Positions 40,365 to 52,284 of a DNA stretch of 64,000 bases are shown here, piece by piece; the stretch's first letter is position 1; the number at the start of each line of letters is the position of its first letter. The DNA lies in NCBI GenBank assembly GCA_963575745.1, contig CAUYUJ010000312.1:1-64000 (forward strand), read 5' to 3'. The translations under genes were made by a program, and so were the position numbers. Below the pieces are notes generated by a model. That model worked only from the letters and a program-made list of their open reading frames with translations, did not search any database and was not told where the DNA came from. The DNA is from Prorocentrum cordatum (taxonomy: Eukaryota).

Positions 40365-43300
40365 GGGATAGCCCGGGTTGTCGCGGCTGCAAACACAGAA
40401 CGGCCTCGTACGGCGCAGCGAACCGCTCGCCTGCCCGCGGCGCCGCCGCGGCCAGCGGGCGCCTCCGTGCGGCCCGCCCTGCGCGCGACGGCGGCGGCCT
40501 CCGACCCGCAGTCCCCGAGCGCCCCGCGGCGCCCGCCGGGGGCCCCGCCCGCGGCCGTGCGCCCGCGCCCCGCAGCCGACCCTTTGCCTTTTATCATCGC
40601 TCGGACGTGTGCATTTTTCCTCCGGCGAGGACCATCGAGGAGCATCCTTGATCATTTGGCGAAAAGCACACGCACGAAACCGAAACCAAAACACACAGGG
40701 AGTGGACGTCCGAGCGATGCCCAGTTGCGCGAGCACCGCGCGTCGCGCCACCATCGCTCGGGCAGGAGCAGGTTCCGTCGGGCCTGGCCCTCTGCAGGGG
40801 GGATCTTCGAAGATCATCAAAATAATGGTCGGGGGACGATTTTGTTTGGTTTTGTGACTATTTTTGATCATGTGGGAGCATGTTCTGAGTATTTTTATTT
40901 TTCGCCCAAAATCCCCCCGTTGGGGGGCACGCCCGACTTGAGGATGAGGCGTCCTCGTCGACATCCCGCGCGCCTCGCACTCGGTGCTTCGGCCGTCCAG
41001 AAGGTCGCCTCCAGCGCGCGCGCGCGGCGCCTCGGTGTCCTCTCCTCGGACTCGCCGCAGGCTCGCGCGTCCGCGGGTGTGATCGGTCCTCGGCCCTCCC
41101 GTTTTATGACGGAAGGCAGGGCGGGCTGCGTCGGGGGCCTCTTGGGCTGCATTGGGACTGTCTGGGGACGTCGTGGAACGAATCTGGGCTGTCTTGATGG
41201 CATATTAGGGGCCATCTAGGGCCGTGTTGGAAGCGGCTTCACCGAGCTGGGGGGCCATTTGGGTGCCGTATTGGGGCCATCTTGGGTCGACCTTGGGGTC
41301 GGCGTGAGGCCTGCCGCTGTTTTGCCCGCGCCCTTGGCGGGCTCTTTGGGGATTGTCGCCCGCTCTGGGCGGGCTCCGGGGGCGACTTCGGCCCTGGCTG
41401 CGTCCGCGGACCCCCCGAGCCCGCCTTCGCGCGCGCGGGCTAAACAGACGAACGATTCGACTAGGCTGCCAGGGCGAAGGGCCTAACATGCTATTGGCCC
41501 GTTGGACCAGCGAATTGATGCGTGACGTGGCTGATTCGGCGTCCCCGAACTTGAAGTACATCGCTGGACCTCAGTTGAGGTCGCGCGCGCTAACGTGCTG
41601 CGCTGGTGCCACCGTTGCCTAATGCATCAGATCTTCCGTTTGATCGCCAACTCGAGCGGTCTGGTGCCATCGGCGAACTTTTCTGCCTCGGCGACGTGAC
41701 CCGCTCATCTCAAAGCGGCGGTCGCTCGCCCAGGCCATCGCCTCCAATGCGCGCAGTGGCTTGGCGTCGGGTTGCGTCGATGCCCCATCGCCGCCCGACC
41801 CAGCTGCTCGCGATCGCGCGCGAGCGCTGCTGGTCGAGCTGCGCCTCTTCCCACGGCTGCGCGATGATGTCGGGGGAGTGTTCGAGGCAGTCGGCGACGC
41901 GGAGCGTCGGGGATGGGCCGAGCGGCGCTGGACCTCCTGAGCGGCCCTTAGCAGGGTAATCGCATCAGACATTGCTGTCGCGGAGGGGGCCGCGCCCGTG
42001 TGGGGCCCCGGTGCAGCGCGGCGCAGAAGATAGCCGACGCGTTTTTTTTTGGGGTCAAACAAATTGTAAAGTATAGAAACATAATAAAAATGATATGTGT
42101 GTATATATATATATATCTATGTTTTAAACAAACCCTTAGTCGCGGCCTGACAGGCCAGCGTTTTAAAGTTGGACTTCAGCGGCTCCTTTCCCGTCCTGGT
42201 TCGCGCAGGGCGCGCGCGGAATCATGCAGGGGGCTTGGGTCGCAGCAGGTCGCGAGGATGAGGGTCGACACAGGGTTGCGGCGCAGACCTGGGCAACCCC
42301 CGTTTGAACGATTTGGCCGAACTCGTCGCGAGTCGCGCGTCGCGCGTTCCGCCCGCCCATCCAAGAATGGTCGCCGGGTGAGTTGCCGCTGTCGGAGCAT
42401 TTCGAGTGTTCCTGGAAGCAATCCTGGGCTTTCTTGGGCTCTCTTCGGGCCGCCGTGAGCTTCTATTCAGTGGCGTTCGTACGCGTCGCGGCGCGCCCCC
42501 TCCAGGCCCGGGGGGGCGGGCTTCCCTGAAGGGGTGGGCGGGGGTTGGGGTGGCGAACTACTCGAGCCACTCGCGCCCGGAAGGGCAGGTGACATTGCGT
42601 ATCGGGCGCTGTTGCCGTGTGGGCGGCGTTGGCGGCGGCGGCCTTGGTATCTCGTCCGGCGGAGGAGTTCGCGCGCCAGCTGTTGAACTGCGATGTTTGG
42701 GGTCGACTGATCACGGACTTCTCGGCCGCTCGAGGTGCCGCGTCTTCGTCGCGATCCGCGCGGCGCGCCGCCCCCGCGTGTTTGAGGCCGCAATCCATGG
42801 TCGTCGACATTTTCGGCGCATTCTTTTACTCCCCCCCCCTCGCTAGCGGGGGGGTGCTCGGGCCCCGGTGCCGGAGCGCGCGGGGGGCAGTGCTGGGGAT
42901 GAGCGGTGTGCTTTGGTTGCGTGGCGACGTGCAGTGACAAATGTGGCCGTTCTTTCTCGTTGACCCAGCCGCGCGCGCCGCCCCGCGCGTCCGCCCGCGC
43001 GATCGGGCGGGCGCCCAGGGGGGCGGGGGCCCCGGGAAAACCAGGGCGGCGCCCGCGGGGGGCGGGGGGGGGGCGGCGACGGGGCCCGGCACCGGCGAGC
43101 GCGCAACCGGCGCCCCGCGTTCGCAAGAACAGAAGCGGCGCCCCACTTCACAGGGGCCCGCGAGTGAGAGTCGAAGGTCCAGCTGCAGCGCGCCGCAGCG
43201 ATCGCGGCGGCGGATTGCCCGGCGCGGGCCCGCTGCGCGCTGAGCGGTCAGCAGTGGCGCGGGCGTTCTCGAAAGGGCGCGCTTGCGAGGTGGGCGAGGC

Positions 43301-45419
43301 TTCATCTTTGAACCTGCGCCGGCGGCTCATCGCCAAAGCAGGGGGCGCGGGAATTCCGCCCGAGGCTCTGTTGAGGCGCGCTGTCGTTCCAGTCAGTCAG
43401 ACGGTGGTCGACAAGGGGGGGTCGCCATGGCGCGCGTGGAGCGGGGCCGCGCAATCCGCGCCGACGATATCTTCCGCGCGAGGAAGGGGCGTCTCCCAAC
43501 TGTCGAGTGTTCCGTCTGCAGGGCGCAGAGCCTGAAGCCCATGAAACAGCACTGCGCGCGTGGCGGCGTGGATCTAAGCCGAGGGCGCAGTCTCCTCTAT
43601 CTCGGTGAGACGGAAGGCATGGCGCTTAGGAAGCGCTCGCACAATGGCGCGCTGAGACAGCGCGCCCCCCTCGAACCGAGCGGGCGCGGGAGATGGCGCT
43701 ATCGGGGCGGGGCCGTTCAGCTGGCAAGGGGGGGTGGGGGGGCGCAGTTAATGGTCTTTCACGCATCGAGTTGATGTGTCTGTCGAGGCGGGCCTCTGCT
43801 GGGATCGAACGAGTAGTGGCGCCCAGAGAGATGGATTCGCGCCCGCGTGTGATCGGCGTTGCCGCGAACGGGGCCGCCGCGCCCCCCGTTGCGCAGTCTG
43901 TCAGGCAACGGGGGTCTTCGCCGCGGTGCCTGGGGGGCCGCGTCTGGCGCATTGACGCGGCCGCTCTTGGCGCGCGCCTGGCAGGTCTTCGCGCGAAGAG
44001 TTCCGTCAGGGACGTCGGCTTCAGCTCGGGGCGGGGCGGCCGCGGCGACTCTTCGGGGGTAGCTGCGTCGCGAGATGGTGGCGTGTGACAGCTCGCCTAG
44101 AGTTCCCAGCGGGCCCGTGGTATTGCGAGCGCCGTGCCCGTCGTCCACCCTGGTTTGCGCGCAGCCTGCCCGCTCTGGGTTGCGCTTGAAGGCTTGCGCG
44201 CTAGCCAGTCGAATGCGGGCTGTCCTCGAGATGTGCAAACACGACTCTGGCCGCTGTGTCTTCGCGTGTCGAGGTTGCGCAGATATTGGCAGTGTCTATT
44301 GCCTTTCTTACGTCGGCTTCACGACAACCCCGTGGCTGTTCTGTCCCGGTGCGATGTCGCCCTGGCTCCCGATGGAGACGCTCGGAGGGTTCAGCTCCGC
44401 AGCGTGGGTGACTGGTTTGTCTTCGGGTCTCACTGCAGTATCTGCGCGGACTTGGCCACGGCCGAACAAATCATTCTGGAGTTCTGGAGGTCGCCGACGT
44501 GTCCGAATGGGTCGGGGTGCTCAGCGAGCCTCGGAATCCAGATGACGAGTCCACATATGATGGACGATGCGACGCACCCGCGCTCTCGGCGGCCAGGCGC
44601 GGGGTCGGTGCCGCGGTGGCCCCGATCGCTTTGGGCAACTGGACTTGCTGGGGCTACTGCAGCCGTTGCGTCGCCTTGGCGGAGGCTGCCATGGCGCGAC
44701 AGGGCGGTGCGCGGTGGTTGCGGCCCCTGCGATGGTTGCGGCCCCGCGCCAGGGCCGCGGCTGCCAGCAGGGCCGCCCGTTTTTCCATGAACAAGTTATG
44801 GCAGTGGCGGCAGCGACGACGAGGGCGCTGGGAGCTCTGCGGCCGATTCGGAAACCCATCTCGTCGACGCGCTCGGCGGCGATGATAACCATGGCGAGGG
44901 CGGTCGCGGTGAAGACTCGGGCGCGAGCTCTGGCGGCGATGCCGCTGCGGGCGGCGGCGTGGCAGTCGCCGCTGGCGCTGCGCGCGCGGGCGGGGGGCGT
45001 GGGAGATGGAGGTGTGCGCCCGGCGGGGATGCGGCAGGCGGCCGCCGTGCTGGAAGCCTGGCCGGGCAAGACGGCGGGGGCGACGCTGGCGGTCCAGGGC
45101 CTTCCAGCGTTCCGTTGGGAGCTCATCCAGCGGAGGCCCTGGCGGGCCGCCGCCCCTTCCCCTCCAGGGCCCCGTCCTGGAGGCAGCGGCGGGCCTGTCC
45201 GACCGGTGCCGCCTGGCCCGCCGGCCGCTGTCTTGGTTCATTCTATGCTGCAAAAAGGAGGGTGCACTCACGGTGTCGGTCCTCGGACGTCGGTCGTCGG
45301 TCGTCGGTCATCGGTCGTCGGTCGTCTGTCGTCGTCGTCGTCGTCTTCGTCGTCGGTCGTCGGTCGTCGGTCGTCGGGCGTCGGTCGTCGGCCGTCGGTC
45401 GTCTGTTGTCGTCCTTGAG

Positions 45420-45524
45420 GCACGACCCGGACGCCCTGAACCCTGCCATCGGCTCCCTCGGTGAGGCGGACTTCTGGGAGGCGTTCGAGGCGCGGTACGG
45501 CTGCAACCCCGACCTGGCGTCGCC
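45420..45524 (+). CDS. Thioesterase exon 5 (HDPDALNPAIGSLGEADFWEAFEARYGCNPDLAS-P), lid region
   Basis: GAG|G acceptor, CC|GT donor at 45525 (alternative GC donor at 45517). GC3-rich island among repeats; phases are compatible with exons 4 and 6. Confidence 0.8.
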
Positions 45525-47593
45525 GTGTCCGCCCCAGCCGGGCCGCGGGGCCGCCTTCCTCCCTGTTCCCCTCCTCGTCCTCCCCCCTCGCCTTCCCTCC
45601 TCCTCCTCCCTCTTCCTCCCTCTCCTGTTCCTCCCTCCTCATCCTCTCTTCTACTGCTCACTCCTTTTCTTCTTCTCTCTCCTCTCCATTATCCTCCTTC
45701 TCGCCCTCCTCCTCGTCCTCGTCGTCGTCCTCCTCCTCCTTCGGCTTCTCTTCGGTGCCGCCCGATGGGGGCAATTCCCTGCGGTGTTTGCCGCTGCGGG
45801 CCCGAATGGGTTTCTTCCCACTGTGAGGGTGGTGGCGCGGAGTCTTCGGGATAGGGCGTTTGACGCCTCGCAGGATCTTCGAAGTTGGGACCAAGTGAGT
45901 CTGCTTGTCGCCCCGCAGCACGTTTTTTCCGACAGGCCTCCGCGTTTCGCGGGTCGTAGGACGCAAATCTTTCTCCTCAGTGAAGCTGGAGGGCGCGACC
46001 TGTTTTCACACGCGAGGTTGAGCAATGTGCACTGCAACCTCGTGCCAGCGCGCACGTAAAATATGAACTTCATGCTCACGTCCTCCTCCACTCAGATTTA
46101 TCTCTTTCCCACCTTGCCAAAGCTTCGGGCTGCGTGCAGATAGTCCTACCAGATACCAGCTAGTTCCCGCTGGCCTCAACAGGCCCCCGGAGTAGTCCAG
46201 GGCGTTCTCGACACCCCAACCCTGGGCGAAGCGCCCCAGGGGCGCCGCCGGAGGCGGTTCCAGGGTCGTGTGATCCTCAGTCTTACCATGTCCTCTACCT
46301 CTTCCTTCCACTAGGATGTAATTCCTCTGATGTTGAATTCTGAGTCGGCGCTGGTACATCCCATGGTCGACGGCTTACCTAATGCGGCTACGTCCCAGTT
46401 AATGTGGCTTGATCCCGCTAAATCCGGCTTAATCATCCAGCTTCATCTCGGGTTTAATCTGACTTAATCCTGCTCATTGGCCCTAGAGTCTTGCTGAATA
46501 GCATTCGCTCGTTCTGACGAAGACCTCATTCTCCCAATGTTTTCCTGGTTTTCCCAGGCGGGGCTAGGACGAGGATGAATCCGTTCCAGAACGTTCCGGA
46601 ACGTTCTCAGAGCGTCCCAGAACGTTCTGAGAAGCCTGCGACGCCCGACGTTTTCCAGAGCCGCCAGATCTCAGAGATTCTCGATCTATCCTCACCCGAA
46701 TTCATCCTCGTCATGGCTTCGTCGTAGGCTCAGGGGGGACGCATCGACCCCCAAGGACAGAGGGGGGATATCGTGGCGTCCGGCTCCCATCAGCCCACAA
46801 GGTGCGTGAGCGAAAGAGATGTGAGCGAACGCGTGCCCAGCATTGTGACCGAGAAGGCAGTGTGACCGGAGCAGAGAGCACGAGACGAAGCCGGTGGCTT
46901 CGTCTCCTGTTCTCTGCGCCTACACCGCCTCGCCTTCCCCTCCCTTCCCTCGCCTGTCCGTCGGCGCGCTGCCCGCGCCCGCCCGGGCGGCCTGCTGCCG
47001 CAGCGCTCCTCCGGGGTCGCCTGCCCGATCGAGCTCTCCTTCCGGAGGCTGATAGGCCTCCGACCCTGACGCGTCGATGAGCGAAGTGGCCGTTCTCGGT
47101 TCGCGGGGGGGGGCGTCGCGGCCGCCGCCGTTTTCTCGGGTCCAGGTCCGTCGGTTTCGGCCCCGGGCTGTTTTCACTGAAGGGAGGTTTACCAGAGGGA
47201 GGTTAGTGCACCGCCGATTCTTCCCATCATCCGGGAGACGTGGAGCTCCTCCCCCCTCCTCGCCTTCCCGCCCTTCTCCCCCTGAGATGCGGGCGTTACC
47301 ACTTCTTCACACCGGGTGTGTTTTCGCCCGGTTCCTGGACCCAGGGCCACCGTCGAAAAGTGCCACGGAAGGGTGGGGTCTGGAGCTCTGGTCGTGACTT
47401 TTTCTGATGTTGCAGTTCTTTCACAAGGCCGGATTTCACAGGACCCTCGGACCTCACGCATCTTGGCCACGAAGTCGAGGCGGACCTAGCCGTTGCGATG
47501 ACTGTCCCCCCCCCCCCCCCCTCTCGTGAAGGCCCAAATCCAGGCCTTCCGACTCGGGCACATTGGGTCGGAGGAGCGCGCCACCAGAAGCAT

Positions 47594-47659
47594 TCCGTAG
47601 CCATTATGGCTCAAGCCATTTGACTCAAGCCATTCGGGCCGAATCCATCCTGGCTTAAT
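47594..47659 (+). other. Genomic dinoflagellate spliced leader (DinoSL) plus three tandem relic SLs
   Basis: 47594-47615 TCCGTAGCCATTATGGCTCAAG has 1 mismatch to DCCGTAGCCATTTTGGCTCAAG. It is followed by CCATTTGACTCAAG, CCATTCGGGCCGAAT and CCATCCTGGCTTAAT, decayed copies of the 15-nt relic unit CCATTTTGGCTCAAG. The stack ends ~30 nt before an ATG. Confidence 0.93.
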
Positions 47660-47688
47660 CAGCGCTTACGTCCTGCCGTGCTGCACCG

Positions 47689-49147
47689 ATGATGCGCTGC
47701 CAGGGGCTTGCCGCAGGCTGCATCGGCACATACGTTGCCATGGATTTCCAGAGGTGGAGGGCGCATGAGAGGCGAAGAGGGCGGCGCGACGAGATACAGC
47801 AGGCTCTGTGGTACAGGAAGGCAGAGCTCTTGGAGCATGGGGCCCAACAGTATACACCACCACCATTTTCATCATGCCCTCCCTCCTCCAGGAAAGAGGA
47901 GAGGAGGATGAGGGTGGAGGAGGGAGGAGGAATCGACGCGGTGGTGGTGTATATTCTCCTCCAGGAAAGGGGAGAGGAAGAGGAGGGTGGAGGAGGGAGG
48001 AGGAATCGACGTGGTGGTGGTGTAGATTCTTGGGGCCCGCGGGAAGCACTGGCACGACTTCAAGACAGAGATGCAGCGGCAGGGGGCGATGCAGCTCGCC
48101 ACCGACTCCACGAAGCTGGTGCTGAGCGTGATTCCGGGTGCCGCGGTGCTGGGGGAGACCGCGGACACCGTGAATGATGCGGCCAACCTGCACGATCTGT
48201 ACGAACTGGTGAGCGAGATGAAGGATGTTTCCGTTCTGCACTGTGACGAAGAAGCAGGGCTCATGGATGTTCTGGCGAGGAACGATTCTGGAAGGCGGGC
48301 AATCCAGAGCAAGTTGGAAATTGCGCAGTTGGAGAAGGAGCTGTCGATACTGTCATCCGACTTCTGGTCTGGGCACCCACACTTGGAGTCAGGGTGGATA
48401 TGGCACAAACCGTTGACGTATTGCAGACCTTTGTTCAGATTAATACAGCCTTTCATGACCGAGGTGTCTGGCATTTGCAGCGCTGCTCCGCAGGAGTCTG
48501 ATAGATATGCAAAGGTTTTCGCTCTCGTGGACAAGGACTCAGACGGTTCAATCAACAAGGCTGAATTCAAGAGAGCGTTGTTAGCGTTGGATTCTATAGA
48601 TGGAGAGTGGAGAGATTTGCTTCAAGGAGATCTTACATCATTTTTTCTTTGGGCTGATGCAGATGGCGACGGCAAGATTGAAGCGAACGATTTTATCCTT
48701 TGGGTCCAAACCACAAGAGCGCTCATAGCATGTTTCAAAGCGATGGACCGTAATGGTGATGGATTGATCGATGCGGCTGAATTCAAGGAAGCCGTGCACA
48801 GGTTGTCTGGAAGCTTGCAACAGATCAGAGCTATCGGTGCCGAGTCGGGACAACGTAACCACTCTGAGGTGGAGGCAGAGTTCAACGACATCGATCGGAA
48901 CAAGGACGGCCGAATCAGTCTTCCAGAATTCGTTGGGTGGATGCACAAGTCCTCTCCAGAGAACGGCCTTCGCGCCGTCCTGATGCGTGTCGTCAATATG
49001 AGTATGGCCCACACCGTGAGCTTTCAAAGTGTAGGATCCCAGGGTCTGCAAGGCCTGAAGGGTCAGATCGGCTATTTGAGCGAGGCAAGCGTGGCAGGTG
49101 TGCAAGACGCGAAGCGGCGTGTCAGCAGTTTTTTTTTCCCGTCTTGA
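47689..49147 (+). CDS. Intronless EF-hand Ca2+-binding protein retrogene (four EF-hands); 421 aa after removing a 193-nt insertion, uninterrupted part 48071-49147 (358 aa); possibly a pseudogene
   Basis: Four canonical loops: DKDSDGSINKAE, DADGDGKIEAND, DRNGDGLIDAAE, DRNKDGRISLPE. No introns, preceded by SL relics. Frames of ORFs 47689 and 48071 join (…LLEHGA-RGKHWHDFKTE-MQRQG…) when the insertion is excised. Confidence 0.88.
47846..48030. mobile_element. MITE-like TIR element inside the EF-hand ORF
   Basis: Flanked by direct repeat TGGGGCCC (47838-47845 and 48031-48038). Termini (CC)AACAGTATACACCACCACC and GGTGGTGGTGTAGATTCT(TGG) are inverted repeats. Internal ~75-bp tandem duplication. The TSD/TIR boundary is ambiguous (3, 5 or 7 bp). 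Confidence 0.85.
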
Positions 49148-49769
49148 AGATAGGACGCCACGTCCGTCCTCCTGTAAACTTTGGGATCTGCAGTACCCAT
49201 CGACGGGCCAGAGAGGCCGTCATCATCTTGGCCCCCTGTCGGCTCAGGCTCTGCCAGGGTTGATGCCTTCGGAGCCGCATGGGGGCCTTTCTGTTGAGGC
49301 GTCTGGAGATGTCTTGAGAAGGTCCTGGCTCTGCTTTTTCAACCCTCGCTGCTTTCCCTAGCTCTTGCGTTCTGGATGCGGATGTTTCGTCCTCGAACCT
49401 GTTGTGTTCTTCCTTTCTGTGTGGTGGCTTCCGCATTTCGACCTCTTCGGCCATACTCGAGGACGCCGGCGGCGCATCACCGGCCGCTCCCTGGGAGTTT
49501 GCCGAAGTGGTGCGCAGCATCGAAAGTCGTGACGCGGCGCGTATGCCAGCTATCAAATGGCCGTCGCCCCATCCCGCGACCGTGCTTGGGTTTTGGGTCG
49601 AGTCCTCATGGACGCTTCTTGGGGTCTCTCGAGAGGGCTCTCGGGGGCCTCTGCGGGGAGTTTAGTGGCCTCTTGGGGGCCTCCTGGGGGCTTCTTGGGA
49701 GCCTCTTGGGGCCCTCTTCGGGGCTCTTGGGGGCCTCTTGGGGCCTCTTGGGAGCCTCCTGGGGGCCTC

Positions 49770-50275
49770 GTGCGAAGTGCGTCCCAATGGGTGCGTGCGA
49801 AGCACATCCCAAAGGGTGCGCGTACTACACGTGTCCCAGCGGGTGCGTGCCGGAGCACGTCCCGCAGGGTGCGCATGTACTATACTGTACGTGTCCCAAT
49901 GGGTGCGTGCGAAGCACGGCCCAAGGGGTGCGCGTACTACGCGTGTCCCAGTGGGTGCGTGCAGGAGCACGTCCCAGAGGGTGCGCGTGTACTATACCGT
50001 GCGTGTCCCAGTGGGTGCGTGCGCAGCACGACCCAAAGGGTGCGCGTACTACACGTGTCTCAGTGGGTGCCAGGCGGAGCACGTCCCAGAGGGTGCGCGT
50101 GTACTATACAGTGCATGTCCAAAGCACGTCCCAAAAGGTGCGCGTACTACACGTGTCCCAGTGGCTGCGTGCCGGAGCACGTCCCAGAGGGTGCGCGTGT
50201 ACTAAACCGTACGTGTCCCCATGGGTGCGTGCAAAACACGACCCAAAGGGTGCGCGGTTTACACGTGTCCCAGTG
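49770..50275. repeat. ~52/59-bp tandem repeat (GTGTCCCAGTGGGTGCGTGC…GCACGTCCCAGAGGGTGCGCGT)
   Basis: About nine imperfect units directly visible. Confidence 0.85.
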
Positions 50276-52284
50276 GCTCCCATCAGGAGGGGTCCCCGCT
50301 CGAGATTGCCTCGTGTGTCACTCACAGACGAGGCCCCAGCTGGAGACTTCTAGCATCTTCAGGCCTCAGGAGCCCAAAAGTGACGACGTTTACAGAATTC
50401 GCATGGCCGCGCTCGGATTACCAAGCGCGTGCCCCATGGGGAAGGGGCTCCCGCCTGAGATTTCCTCGCAATTCACTCACAGGCGAGGCTCCCACCTTAG
50501 AATTCCTCCAAATGCAGGCCTGAGGAACCCAAGTTGAGGATGACCCGCTCGGATTGCCAACATGAAGTGTGGGACCCATAGGGAGGGGGCTACCGCCTGA
50601 GACTTTCTCACAATTCACTCACAAACGAGGCTGCTGCCTGATACTTCCTCCATATTGAGGCTTCAGGAGCCCAGAAGTGACGACAGTTACAGGGTTGACG
50701 ATGATCGCTCGGACTACCAACATGAAGTGCGGGACCCAAAGGGGGGTCAGCCAGAGCGCCCGATCTTGCAGGATCCTGCAAGAACAGAGTCGCATTGACC
50801 CAGGTTTGGGTGCAGGATCCTGCAGGATCTTGCAGGATCCTTCGCATTGCACCCAGATTTGGGTGCAGGATCTTACAGGATCTTGCAGGATTCTGCAAGG
50901 CCTGGCTGACCCAGTGTTGGATTGACCTGGGTCAGACGATCCCCGAACATGATTGTATTTGGTTGTTGCATGTTATGGGCGCGCTCCGCGTTCGTATCGA
51001 CTGCGTTAGCCACTGCAGGTGATGCGCACCACGTACGTTTCACAGCTTTGCTGCCCCGGTCTTCCCCCTCGTCCTCTGGGTGCCCGTCGCACTCTGTCTC
51101 CCCTCGCGTGCTCTCAGTCTGATCCACATTGACAGTGGTAGCGGTGTTTCAATCGCTACGGCTGCGCACGTGTACGACGTCAGTCGGATGATCGCGTTGT
51201 CTGCCTTCGCCTCGTGCTGCTTGCTGAAAACACGCTTTCGGCGCTGCGCGGCGCTCGAGGAAACGGGGGGGAGGTCGCCTCGTCAATCTCGGCCCCCCTT
51301 ATTGGCCGCCCCCCCAGAGCAGCTGTGCTCACGTGCTCTGTTAGGCTGAGCACTGGGGAGTCATCGTCGCCTTCAGTGCTCCACCCTTGGCGGTGCCTGC
51401 GATCCAGGTTTCCCCTCGACGATTCGGTGGCCGGGGTTCAAGGGCGAGCCACGGATCTAGGTCTCGATTCAAGTCTTTCGCCTCTTTTCCTGTGCCCCCC
51501 CCCCATCCGCAGCCCATGGTAGTTTGCGCGTGCTCGCGCAATTCCCTCTCCCCTTCCCCAGGTGCCCGCGGCGAGCCCAGCCGCCGTAGAAGCGCAGCAC
51601 TCTGGCTGGCGAGGCTTTGAGCACCGCAGGCCTTCCCGCGTGGCACCTCTCGCGCCCGCTTGTTGAGGAGCTCTGGTGAAGCTGGTTTGCTGGGCCGTCT
51701 TGTGGCTGCCTCGTGCCCCCGCCGGACAGTCTTGGGGTCCCTTGGGGCCCTCTTGGGTCATCTTTGGGCCCCTCGGCTCTCGTGGGCCGTCTTGGAGTTG
51801 TCTTGGCCGTCTTGGAGCCCTCTTGCCAGACAGCACATGGCATTCGACCACGCCTTGACGTACCACGGGGGCACGGGGGCGGACACATGGGGGGGACGTC
51901 TACCAGCCACGTCGCCGATCCTGGCCAGGCCGATCCTGAGCCCAGCATCGGTGCATTCGCATCCCCACAGCCAGGTCCGGAGGGCGTGGACACGGAGTCG
52001 GGGATCGCCAGGATCGGTGAAGTGGAGGAGGAGGAGGAGGAGGAGGAGGAGGAGGAGGAAGAGGAGGAGGAGGAGGAGGAGGAGGAGGAGGAGGAGGAGG
52101 AGGAGGAGGAGGGAGGGAGGGGGAGGGGGGAGGGGAGGGGGAGGGGGAGGGGGAGGGGGGAGGGGGAGAGTTGACGTCCCCAGGGCAAGCCTTTGAAAGC
52201 GGGAAGCGCTTCCCGATGTGGTAGCCTCGGGTTTCGCGTCTCCTCGGGGGGGGGCGCCGGGCTGCGCCGGCTCTTGCAGCCAAG

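Noticed and set aside
47594..47659. SL RNA gene
   Set aside because: The SL is followed by relic SLs and a CDS, not by a GT donor and SL-RNA intron; this is a retroposed mRNA 5' end.
49148..49260. Poly(A) tail and target-site duplication of the retrogene
   Set aside because: No A-tract is visible. Only a 3-nt CAT match (47591-47593 vs 49198-49200) was seen, too short to support.
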